From assembly GCA_024626585.2 (NCBI GenBank), contig JANKJI020000002.1:174052464-174082489 (forward strand): DNA of 30,026 nt, written 5' to 3'. This DNA is from Ginkgo biloba. Lineage: Eukaryota > Plantae > Ginkgophyta. Positions within the stretch are counted from its first letter, which is position 1; every line of letters begins with the position of its first letter. This document shows positions 1 to 10,760 of the stretch, piece after piece. Both the position numbers and the translations under genes were made by a program. The notes below the pieces were generated by a model. The model saw only the letters and a list, made by a program, of their open reading frames with translations. It was not told the DNA's origin and ran no database searches.

Positions 1-19
1 GTATCTTTGGTGGGGAATT

Positions 20-1315
20 TTAGGTATCCATGATGAGATAACCCATACTTCTAAGGTGGAAGGACACTTTGGAGTTGGTAAAACACTTGCCAATTTGTAG
101 TAGTATGTATATTAGCTAAGGATGCCAATGGATTTTGTTAACTTTATAAGGGTATGTGTACTTATAGTACTTTGAATCCTACTAATTAAAATATGGGTTT
201 GTACACTCCATTTCCAATACCAAGTTGTCCATGGAAAATCATCTCCATGGATTTCCTTAAGGGTTTTCCAAGCATGCGACAAGGGCATGATTATTTGCAG
301 GTGGTGGTTGATCTATTCAATAAGATGGTGATGTTGATTCCTTGTAAAAAGATCATCTCAAGAACAAAAGAGGCCAAGTTATTCTTTAAGCATGTATGGG
401 TGCATTTTGGGCTTCCATAATCAATAATTATGGACTGGGATAGTCATTTCCCAATTCATTTTTGGATGATAATACGGGAGATGATGGACACCAAATTGAA
501 GCCGAGTATGGTGTCTTATTCATAGACCAACAAGCAGGTAAAAGTTATAAATTGAACATTAGTTCATTTTCTTAGTGGATATAATCATCAACATTTAACA
601 ACTTAGGATGAGATTCTTCCTTACATCATTATTACAATATGGCAGTGCATTGTTCAAGTAATAAATCTCCATTTGAATCTTGTTTGGGGTTTTTACCCTA
701 GATACCCTTCAACATGTCATTTACAAAGTCAACAGAGGATAAGTCCATGACTAATGGAGATGAGCAACAAAGATCCATTAAGTTCATAGAAAATATTTAA
801 CAAATACACTGATAAATGGAAGAGTGGTTACAAATGGTGCAACAAAAATATAAAGAGTGATATGATTGACATAGAACTACTCAAAACTTCAGAGTTGGAG
901 AGATGGTCTAGTTACATCTCAGTAAGAAGAGGTTGTAGGGTCCATGGAAAAGATCAAGCCTATTCAATATGGTCCATTTAAGATCATGTAGCAGATAGGT
1001 GAGAATATATACCGACTAGAATTATCGTCATCCATGGGAATTTATTCTGTTATGAATGCAAAAAAACTAAACTTTTTTTAAACCTTGATAGTGGATGAAG
1101 ATGATGAGGTTGGGATAGTATTACCATCAATAGAAGACTTGGTACTGAATGAGTAGGCCAAGTTAGAGGCTAACGCTATCTTATAGAGAAAATTTTGAGA
1201 CACTAGAAGGAGAAGATAAGAATTATTCCAGAGTAATGTGAAGGGCCAACTACCAACTAAATCCAAATGCTATAGACAAGAAGAGGTGGAGGACAAGTTT
1301 CCTCACCTACTTTAA
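20..1315 (+). pseudogene. Degenerate gypsy integrase with chromodomain-like C-terminus
   Basis: Zn-binding region HTSKVEGHFGVGKTL; ORF 193-420 GLYTPFPIPSCPWKIISMDF...VVDLFNKMVMLIPC...HFGLP (core start); GPY/F-type motif YGPFKI ~968-985; tail KGQLPTKSKCYRQEEVEDKFPHLL* ending 1315. Many in-frame stops. Confidence 0.9.
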
Positions 1316-1350
1316 AATTGATCAAGTTTCTAAGGTTCCAAAATACTTCC

Positions 1351-1363
1351 AAAAAAGGGGAGA
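1351..1363 (+). other. Polypurine tract of G0
   Basis: aaaaaaggggaga lies ~35 bp after the pol stop and immediately before the LTR-like sequence. Confidence 0.7.
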
Positions 1364-1365
1364 TC

Positions 1366-2091
1366 TAATATGTTTATCAGATCTAAAGGAAGGGACAAAT
1401 GACAATGTTTGATGATTGGATGTTGGAGATTAGATGTTAAATTTTTTTAATGTTCACCGACATTGATGGTAAGATAGAAGATATACACCAATGGGAAGAT
1501 TGAATATTGACACTTATAGGAAGGTTGAAGATCGAAACTGACAAGAAGGTTAAAAATTGACATTAATGGGAAGGTTGAAGATTGACACCGATAGGAAGGT
1601 TGAATACCAACATTGATGGGAAGGTTGAAGGTTGAAACTGATGGGAAGGTTGAAGACTAACATTGATAGGAAGGTTGAAGACCAACACTGATGGGAAGGT
1701 TAATAATTGACACCGACGGAGACTAGCCAATCATCAACAAATATCTAATCCACAATTTGACAGTTCATTTACACGATGATTCAACTACCCCGAATGGTTA
1801 TGAAATTGAATGTACATTCAAGAAAAAAGGAACCAAAACAAGAGGGGATAGGAGAAGGAGAAGGGGGGGAATAGTATGGGCTATGTATCATCTCTAAGAG
1901 ATAAATCTCAAGATAGTATCATAGCCACAGGAATGAAACTATTTTGATTATAATCTCTATTATTAATATCCTCTGGAGTTTTATTCCTCAAGAGGGTTTC
2001 TATAGTTAAAAATATTATCTATGTGTAACGTTTGATGTGTGTGATATTTGTTAGTTATTTCCTTACACTTTAATACTAAGAGGATATATCA
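1366..2091 (+). repeat. Probable 3' LTR of G0
   Basis: Starts taatatgt (decayed TGATATRT) after the PPT and ends atatatca, giving a TG...CA-type inverted terminus. The partner LTR is not in the window. Confidence 0.6.
1459..1720 (+). repeat. ~25-bp minisatellite (~10 copies) in the LTR U3 region
   Basis: Tandem units such as gaaggttgaagattgacaccgatag and gaaggttgaagaccaacactgatgg. Confidence 0.9.
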
Positions 2092-2797
2092 CATGCATGC
2101 ATAGGCATAGAGATATTTAAGATTAATTTAGAATCTATGATCAATTCATTAGGAGGTTTTGACTCACCCACTGAAAAATGGATCAAAAGGCGATGAGGCT
2201 TGCAATATTTATGAGTAATGAATATTCATGAGGTTCAATAGGATGGGTAACATATTAATGAAATCATTTATTAGAATGTAATGAGGAGAGAAGATCATAA
2301 ATATAGGTAGAATTTAGAAATAAAACTCCTCTATGTTAAAATCATGAACTCTGACCTAATCCTTTGATAATTCCCTTTGTATTTATTATTAATAAGGCTA
2401 TGAAGATCATATATAAAAGTAAATAATGATGGATAGAGATCTTAATTCCCACTATTAGTTATTAAGTTTTAATCAATTGGATTTGGAATGATTTAAGACC
2501 CATATACGAAGAGTGGAGAAGAGCCTTCTATGAATCAAAATATAAATCTAACATAAAGAACACGTAATTTATGGAATTATTTTAAAGACTGAGATAATTA
2601 TCACTACCAAAAATAATAAATGATAACGAAGATACAAGTTGATAGGAGTACTTATGAATTTTACTAGGGATAAAATAGTGCAATAATTGTTTTCTCATCA
2701 TTTACTTTGATTTTTATGTGATTAAGTGAAGAACCTCTAAAAGGACTATATAATGTATAATTACTATAATCAAATTAGGATTTTTTTTTAATTTAGT

Positions 2798-3173
2798 AAT
2801 TATTTTGTTTTTAGTTTTAAAGTATAATTAATATGGCAATGTAGGTATTTTTTGTTATGTGAATTAACTAAATTATCTTCTTGCATTTAAGATGTAAGTA
2901 ACTTCTATATTCAAGTAGTTACTTGCACCTTTATTATACGTATCCCAATTATATTTATGATGTAGGTGGATACTTTACACATCAACTATAGGTATCCTAA
3001 TTTTATTCACGATGTAGGTGACCACTTACACTTTAAATGTAGGTAGCCTAATATATTTGGAATATAGGCAATTATGTACACCTTGATTATAAGTAGTCTA
3101 ACTACATTCTTGATGTAGTTAGCTACTTGATCCCCTAAGGGGGGTCACATAGTTATAAACTTTAAAAACACTT
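2798..3173. repeat. Direct repeat A, copy 1 (~375 bp, with internal ~50-bp subrepeats)
   Basis: Aligns throughout with 4806-5182 (aaagtataattaatatg...gatgtaggtgaccactta...cccctaag...gttataaactttaaaa). Confidence 0.9.
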
Positions 3174-3179
3174 TAATAA

Positions 3180-4803
3180 TGTACCATAAGGTATTGGGAA
3201 CTAATTCATACCAAGGACCAGTTCATACCCATTAAAATATTCTCTAATATATACATTATAGATTAGTCTTCATTTCAGCTTCTATGACTTTTGACATTCT
3301 GACCCATGACTCTTGATATTCTTTAAGGAATACTATATTTAATCTCCAACACACCCCCATAAATTTAATATTCAAAAATTTAAAACAAGTTAAAATAAAC
3401 CTTATAATACTCAAGGGGGAATTTAGTTGATTGTTCCATGTGACCAAAATTATAAGCAGTAAGCACTTAAAGTGTTTTTATTAGTCACAATACTCACTTA
3501 AACTTATATGAAAACCTTAGGGACATGTTAGTACCTAGATTGCATTAATCCATATGGCCATACCTTAGGGGTGGATTCCAAAATAGTTTCAATATAATTA
3601 AATTGCACTAAACCTTTGTAACCTAGATTTTTTTAAAATTTCACCACCTTGTCTCATCGTTGATGGTCACCGCCTATGTTTGATCTTTGTTGCATAATTT
3701 TTACTATAAATTGATCTGATGGAATCACCCACGTATTCCATGTGACTACAAAAATTATTCATTGAAAATTTCCTCTAACTTGATGGGATGATCCAACAAA
3801 TGTGACCTGATTTAATTTTGATTTCTCCAAACCCTCATTGGGTTTCTATAATGTTAAAAAAAATATTAAGGGGGTTTTGTAGCTAGGTCTCTTCTTAAAA
3901 TGGGTGCCCACAATAATGTTGAATCCCCAACACCTTTAGCAATGCTAGATATCTTCTAATATGACTTTCATTTCTTTAAATCCATTATTTTTATCTAAAA
4001 TATAGAATTGTAGGGTTTTTATGAGGTCACCTAGGGATCTACATATACTAATCATAGTCTCAATTATAAATTCACACAATCATTCTAAAGGGGTGGTTTC
4101 TACTATGACTTCATGACCCTGCAACCTGCTACAAATGGCTCTATGTCTGAATGCCCACCTCAATTTTCTTCAATGCACAACAACATTGAGGGACTTCTAA
4201 GAATATCTAAATCGACTTAGGGTTTCTAAAAATCTACATAAACTTACTTATAGCTTAGGGTTTCTAGATCTAGTGAGTGCCAATAAACTATCTAAGTTTT
4301 CTTTTCTAATAAGAACTTAACAATACCTAAAAACATGAACTAGAATCTAGAATCTAGACCACCCTTATTTAAAACCTAAAACCTACACACATTGAAAAGA
4401 AAACACATAACCCTAAAAATAGTCCCAATAAGCCTTAAAAATTAGACCAAAGTGGACTTGATCTCAAAATAAAGTCTCTAATACCATATTGTAAATTTGA
4501 AATACACATATAGAAGCCTGAATGGATGATCTTAGTGTTGGAAATTAACATGTATAAATTTCATAATAGAAGCTTAATCTTAACATTCATAAACTAAAAT
4601 TAAATAATTTTAGGCATGCAACCAAATGTTGGAGAAAGGTTAAAAAGTCATACCATATGGTATCAAGAACCAGTTCATACCCATTAAATTATTCTCCAAT
4701 GTATACATTATAGATGAGTCTTCACTTAATATTTTTTCACTTTTGGCATTCTGACCCTTGACTCTTGATATTATTTGAAGAATATTAAATTTAATCTCCA
4801 ACA
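3180..4803 (-). mobile_element. Small non-coding LTR element (TRIM-like); left LTR truncated
   Basis: 3180-3351 matches ~4650-4803 and both end tctccaaca. PPT-like gggggtg on the - strand at 3352-3358. iMet-type PBS (ctctaatacca on +) at 4476-4486. 4627-4803 has perfect 9-bp inverted termini tgttggaga...tctccaaca. No long ORF internally. Confidence 0.7.
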
Positions 4804-4805
4804 AC

Positions 4806-5182
4806 AATTATTTATTTGTTAGTTAAAGTATAATTAATATGTCAATGTATGGATTTTTTTCTACATGAATTAATTGAATTATTGAATTATCTTCTTGCAT
4901 TTAGGATGTAAGTAAACTCCATATTCAAGTAGCTACTTTCACCTTGGTTATAGGTAGCCCAATTATATTTATGATGTAGGTGGATATTTTACACATCAAT
5001 TATAGGTATCCTACTTTTATTCATGATGTAGGTGACCACTTATACTTTTGACGTAGGTAGCCTAATGTATTTATAATATAGGTAGTTATTTAAAACTTGA
5101 CTATAGGTAGTCTAATTACATTCTTGATGTAGTTATATAATTTATCCCCTAAGCGGGGTAGTTATAAACTTTAAAACCACTT
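4806..5182. repeat. Direct repeat A, copy 2
   Basis: Second copy of 2798-3173, beginning right after the LTR end at 4803. Confidence 0.9.
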
Positions 5183-7300
5183 GCATGATAGTCCTAATAA
5201 ATAATATCGTTGTATAGGATCTTAATCCTATTTTTTTCATCCTTATTTTCATTTCCCTAAGTGATTTTTAACCCCATTTTGTATACTATATAAATGTAAA
5301 ATCTAATGATTATTTATACCTCTTTTGTATTTTATATTCAGCATACAATGTAATGAAACTAGGGTAGTTATATCCACATTATAACATATCTATAAAGTTA
5401 CTGACACTAAATGAAATAAATATGCTTATGGCTATTTGATATAACATAATAATTTATAAATTAACAATAATCCATATACATAAGTTCACTTGTAAATAAA
5501 TATACTAAGGTTTTTCCTATTTTGTTGGATCAAATAAGAACTATAGGTATTATTATATATAAATAAATTAGTATATAAGAAGAGGTAATTATTTAATTAT
5601 ATATAGTTATTAAATATTGTGATAATTTCTAATATTATAAGAATATCTATCATGGCGCACTTTTTATAGTGTTTATATATATAATTCCTACTAGAGAAAG
5701 AGAATAAAAGATAAAAGATTATGGTTGACCTTAAGACTTACCGAGAAATAAAAACAAGACTATTATTCTTTACATATGATAAGAAGCTTAAGATTTAATT
5801 GAAGGATAATGTTGAGATTAACAACATTTTCTATCATTGCAATAAAGAATAAGAAGGTGATATGACGTCACTCTGCTAGGGTTTGGCCTGACAGAGGGAA
5901 TGACATTTTGCTTGCATTTGAGATTTCCTAGTTGTGGATGAATAATTGGCATTCACTAGGGAGGAATTGAGGTTGATCGAGCTTGCTCCTAACCCTGCTC
6001 CCTCCCCTTCTTGCCATTTTCTCTTAGAGATTTTATTCTTGTGCTTTCTCATTGAGTGCTTTGCATTTTAATTTTTAAAGGTCCAGTGTTCGACGTCTCT
6101 CCTTGACTCTCTCTCTATCTCAGAGTCTAATTGATTTCTATGGTGTTTTTAGCTAATGACTATAGTCTACAGACTCTTCTTAATAGGGCTTAGAGGCTCA
6201 TGATATCTTCCTTCAACTGGGTCTCTTTTAAGTATTCAAGTACATTCAGTTACGACAGGGATGCTTATTATCTACTTATGTTTTATTCTTTATTAACTCT
6301 ATCCTTGGTTGAGTGGATCTATCTTCCTCTTATTTGATCTGTAACCCTACAAGCTATGCGAGTTAGGATTCATCACACAAAACTTCTTCAAGTCTATGCT
6401 TGTTGTTATCTGATTTCTAACAGTTCTTTCAATCCATACAGTGGACATAGATCGAAAGATACAAAGAAATACTGAGAAAATAAATGGCAAACACATGAAA
6501 NNNNNNNNNNNNNNNNNNNNNNNNNNNNNNNNNNNNNNNNNNNNNNNNNNNNNNNNNNNNNNNNNNNNNNNNNNNNNNNNNNNNNNNNNNNNNNNNNNNN
6601 TGTGTCAACTTTAATATTGTATTTTCACACTTAATAATAATTTTTTTTTTCCTTTGTCTAAATATTCTTGTGAAGTGTTAATATTTGATCTTGCTTAAAT
6701 CTTAAGTTAGATGTGATAGATATTTGATTCCAAATATTCAAGAGTGCATAGGTATATTTTATTGGTCTGAGTGTCAGTGATGTGTTAGGTTCAGAGGATA
6801 AATACATGTCATTGTCTTAATTTATATGCAAAAGTGCATGATTTCAGAGTTACTATTCATATTTTCAAATAAGTTTTAGATTCAATGGGATTTTTTTCTA
6901 TGAGATAATGAAACCATAATAAAATTTTAGGAGTTTTTTCTAAACTAACTAAAACTATAGAAAGTTAGAACTTAGATGCTTTTACACTTGCATATGAAAA
7001 CTAAAATGAAGAAAAGTCTTATTGGAGGTTATAGAGTAGAATTGAACCTTTTATTATTACATCAAATTACTTCTTTCTTCTAGTGAGTTTCAACATACTA
7101 ATTTAAGTACACCATTACCTTAAACCTTTCTAGGATGATTTTCACTCAAAAATTAAAGCAACGCTTCTGTAGAGTGAATCCTATTGAAACATTGTTTAAA
7201 AGAAAACCAATATGTTTGTAAAGAAACTATGGAAATAAAATCAAACACTCTCAATTATAAGATTTTATAATTGTATTAACAAAGTAAAATAAAACTCCAT

Positions 7301-7660
7301 ATGGGAAAAAAATAGTTTGATCAAATCAATAATTTGACCAAACATTTAAATTTTAAATTCTTGGAGACATTAACTTGAATTTTGAATTAATTATTCGATC
7401 AAATAATTTTTGCAATTGAAAAAATAATTTGATATAATAATTTATTGGTTGAAATAATTCTTATGTCGAATAATTAATCAATTGAATAATTTATTAAATT
7501 GAATAATTATTTGATCAAATAATTTTTTCAATCAAACAATTATTCGATCAAATAATTTATTCCATCGAACAATTATTTTCATCAAAATTACTACATAAAT
7601 TTGAATTTTCAATTATTCAATTGAATAAATATTTTGATCAAACTATTATTCTTGCCCCAT
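7301..7660. mobile_element. Foldback MITE-like element with an internal palindromic ~16-bp array
   Basis: Left end atgggaaaaaaatagtttgatcaaa versus reverse complement of right end atggggcaagaataatagtttgatcaaa. Flanked by CAT (7298-7300) and CAT (7661-7663). Absent from the sister LTR. Confidence 0.75.
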
Positions 7661-7665
7661 CATAT

Positions 7666-8432
7666 TGCTCAATTACTTAAAATTTTATTATAAATCTTTT
7701 ATTTTTATTTTTTTTTAAAGTNNNNNNNNNNNNNNNNNNNNNNNNNNNNNNNNNNNNNNNNNNNNNNNNNNNNNNNNNNNNNNNNNNNNNNNNNNNNNNN
7801 NATAATAAAAGTTAAATATTTATAAAATTATATGTGTGTGTAAGTTTAATTTTAAATTTAGTTATTTCATATACCATCATAATAATTATAATAAATTAAA
7901 ATCCTCACATCCAAAAAATTAAAAAAATATATCCATCATATTTATGCCTATGTGAATTTGTAATAAAATTTAGGATTAATGTATTAACTAAAATTTTTTT
8001 GTAAAGCACACATGCCTTCTTATTATTTTATTATTTTCTTATATAAATTAATTTTAAAATATAAAAACTTAAAAAAAAAAGTAAAAATAACTAAACTAAT
8101 GTACATTAAATATGTAATCCTTGTGAAAAAATCAACAAAAACTATTTATTTTAGAATTACTTAAGTTACAAGACACATAAATTACTTTTTATGAAAAAAT
8201 GATTTTTTTAAGCAATACCTTTTTGTGAAAAATATAAAAATATGTTATACCAATAAATAAATAAAATGATATTAAAGTTGACACAATTTGGTAATTTTTG
8301 TATTTATACTTTAAAAGATGACACATAACACAAGTAGGTAATTTTTAAGAATTTATGCCTAGGTTGCTCCATTTTTATAAATTCATTTACCTAAATAAGG
8401 AAAAAATATAATACCATTAGAATGCTTTGACC
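7666..8432. mobile_element. Unclassified AT-rich insertion in the G2 3' LTR (contains an N gap)
   Basis: Absent from the sister LTR. Removing the MITE leaves catat on both sides (7661-7665 and 8433-8437). Ends tgctcaa / ttgaccc are weakly inverted. Confidence 0.55.
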
Positions 8433-8512
8433 CATATGTAAGAAAAGAATCATATTTCTCTAATAAGAAAAGTGTTTAAATAGATTCTCAAACCCTAACT
8501 ACTCTTATAGTT

Positions 8513-8693
8513 AACTCCATAATCTAAGATAGTGAAGGATTTCCCACTAATTGTGTGATAAAAAATTAGAGCTAAATCCATAATTGAAGATATTCAAAGA
8601 TTTTCATTAATAGTGCAATCACAAACTATAAGTAACTCTATAATCTAGTCTACCTAAATATTTTTCACTAATTATTCAATAATAAATTAGTTG
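8513..8693. repeat. ~61-bp tandem subrepeat (about 3 copies) inside the G2 LTR; also at ~20643-20826
   Basis: Recurring aactccataatctaag...gatttcccactaattgtg...aaattag units in both LTR copies. Confidence 0.65.
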
Positions 8694-8869
8694 TAATATT
8701 ATTACAAGTGGAATTATGTCCAAATTCTATGTGTTAAGTAGATTTGTAATAAAATCATCACTTGACAATTTTTAATACATGAAGTTGGAGTAAGTGGAAG
8801 GGGTATCCACTTAGTCTAGGTGTAAATCTCATCATTTCCTCCCAACCAATAAGCACTAGACACTAATTA

Positions 8870-8994
8870 ACTTAAGTAAATATAAAAAAACTCACTAAAA
8901 AACTATTTGAGATATCCACTTAGCCTAGTGAGGAAGTTGGCCCTTCATTATAATCAAGTATAAATTTATTTGGCTATTCCTATTGGTGCAAACC
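8870..8994 (-). pseudogene. Displaced C-terminal chromodomain-like tail of G2 pol
   Basis: Reads VCTNRNSQINLYLIIMKGQLPH*AKWISQ on the - strand, in frame with QEDTLFDKK at 15515-15541 once G1 and one TSD copy are removed. Confidence 0.85.
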
Positions 8995-9371
8995 TGATAT
9001 GGCCTCCAAGGGAATGAAGTGTCAAAAATAATTGAAATGACACAAACCTAGAGTGATAATATCATAAGAGAGTGAAAATAAAAGAATGGAGGATGAAAAC
9101 ACTTGAGCATAACAATTTAATTATTCACTCTGTTAAATATTCAAAAATAGATACATATTTATAACAAGAAATGGAATGTTACTCATAAATTTTCCCAACC
9201 ATATTCCAAGTACTTACTTATTTTAATATTTAGAAAAGGCTAAGTCCAACTTCTAACTACTAATTACTCCCACCAAAAATAATAAATAGCCAACTTCTAC
9301 TAAACTCTCAAGAAAAATAGTAAATAGTCAAATTTAAAAATAAATGAAGAGGATATAGAATATCCTCATCA
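8995..9371 (-). repeat. 3' LTR of G1
   Basis: tgatatggcctcc...tatcctcatca; direct repeat of 15141-15509. Confidence 0.95.
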
Positions 9372-9409
9372 ATTCCTCCCAATAATAGAATAATTAGACT
9401 CTAATGTGT

Positions 9410-10760
9410 CCAAAAGGTAAGGAAACTAATGTAGCATATGATGATGAGAAATCCACCAAGCCTGAAGTGGAATTTTCCCTTTCTTGGAAACAAGATATGA
9501 AGTGATAGAACCATGATGAGTCGCACGCATCATGGTATTAAAAATTATATCGATTGGAAGAGGTATCTAGAAATCTAAAATCACATGCTAACAGTGGATG
9601 AATAGTAGCTCTATCTCCAAGGTAGAGTCTATGTATGGTTTAAGGATTTTTATGTTGATAATTGTGAAACCCAAAGTGTGCTAGAAGATCAAGTTTGAAT
9701 GAAGTCTCTCTAATTTGATGTGATATAATGTATGGACCATATCTGATTGGCTTAACCTTATGATGTATTTTGTCTTTAAATATTATTTTGTCTAGATATA
9801 ATCATACTATATCACCAAATTAGAAATGATGAGGTACTTTTATCTTATCCATTAATTCCTTCTTCTTAATGGAGCAAGTTGGGGAATTCAGAGGAAGAAA
9901 GCCAGCATGAAGGTGTTTGAGTCCTAATGATAATATCAAGAAATTTGGAATAAAGAGTCTATAGATGGATGACTAAGATTATATCTTTGTCTTTCTCTTT
10001 TTTAATATGGTATGTAGTTATATGAGGTAATGACAAAGGTAACTCATATGGAGCTAGAGGCTAAAATCCCAAGAAAACATCGAAATGGGAATGCGATGTA
10101 GAGGAGTGAATAGATCGGTTATATACATGATCCATCATATGAGGAAGACTCAAATCCCACTTAGAGGGAAAAGATTGATTGAAAATATAGAGAGACTGAA
10201 TGAGAGAATGATTGACCACTTCAGTTTATCCATCAACATGTGGATGGAATATAGTGGAGAAGTCAAGCTTAGTACCCAAAATTTTCCATCATGATCTCCA
10301 AAAGTGTCTAATAAATCTATAATCTCTATCTGAGATAATACTAGATGGTATGCCGAAATGATTCCACACGTGATCAAAGAAGAGTTGGGATAAGGTACTT
10401 GTATAATATGACTTAGTGCAAGATATGAACTTATCAATTTTATTAAAGTGATCAGTAATGAAAAAAAATAAAATCATGATGTTGAATGGTCAAAGTAAAA
10501 CCACTAACAAGATCCATGAAAATGATTTTCCAAGTATAGGAGGAAAGGGATAATGGTTGGGATAGACCTAATTTCTTGTTTGATGGCTTAGGCTTGCAAG
10601 AAATTATACATCTCTAAAGAAAGTATAAAATATCTCTCTACATTTTCAACCAATAGAAAAATCACTACAAGTGGTGTAAAGTATTTTTCTTACCAACATT
10701 TCCACCATATAGTGTAGAATGTGTCTCCTTCAAGATCAAGTCTCTTAGACCTCCTATGGG
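9410..10760 (-). pseudogene. G1 integrase plus chromodomain-like tail (degenerate)
   Basis: ORF 10289-10477 LFFDHVWNHFGIPSSIISDRDYRF; YGPY near 9730-9742; tail SYLVSKKGKIPLQAWWISHHHMLH*FPYLL at ~9412-9500. Confidence 0.9.

Larger units (their letters stand above)
1..2091 (+). mobile_element. 3' part of a degenerate Ty3/gypsy LTR retrotransposon (element G0), truncated by the window start
   Basis: Integrase remnant, chromodomain-like tail, polypurine tract and LTR occur in gypsy order on the + strand. Confidence 0.9.
6860..8834 (-). repeat. 3' LTR of G2, split by an insertion at ~7301-8433
   Basis: 6860-7300 aligns with ~20135-20570 and 8434-8834 aligns with ~20570-20974 (e.g. taatattattacaagtggaattat; ggaaggggtatccactta; gtaaatctcat). 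Confidence 0.85.

Noticed and set aside
1459-1720. Regularly spaced repeats as a possible CRISPR array (also 7310-7650 and 26565-26715)
   Set aside because: Head-to-tail degenerate minisatellites with no unique spacers and no cas genes, in a eukaryotic TE context.
5889-6060. tgacagag... and gtgctttctc resembling miR156/miR535; cctaaccct resembling a telomerase RNA template
   Set aside because: The matches are short, no miRNA/miRNA* duplex forms, and I saw no plant snRNA-type USE/TATA promoter upstream.
6601-8285. 17-bp inverted match tgtgtcaactttaatat (6601-6617) versus 8269-8285
   Set aside because: One copy abuts an N gap and the match does not extend inward, so no element can be defined.
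8804-8928. Near-duplicate tatccacttag[t/c]ctag in the G2 LTR and in the pol tail
   Set aside because: Short, and the sister LTR copy matches less well; likely coincidence.
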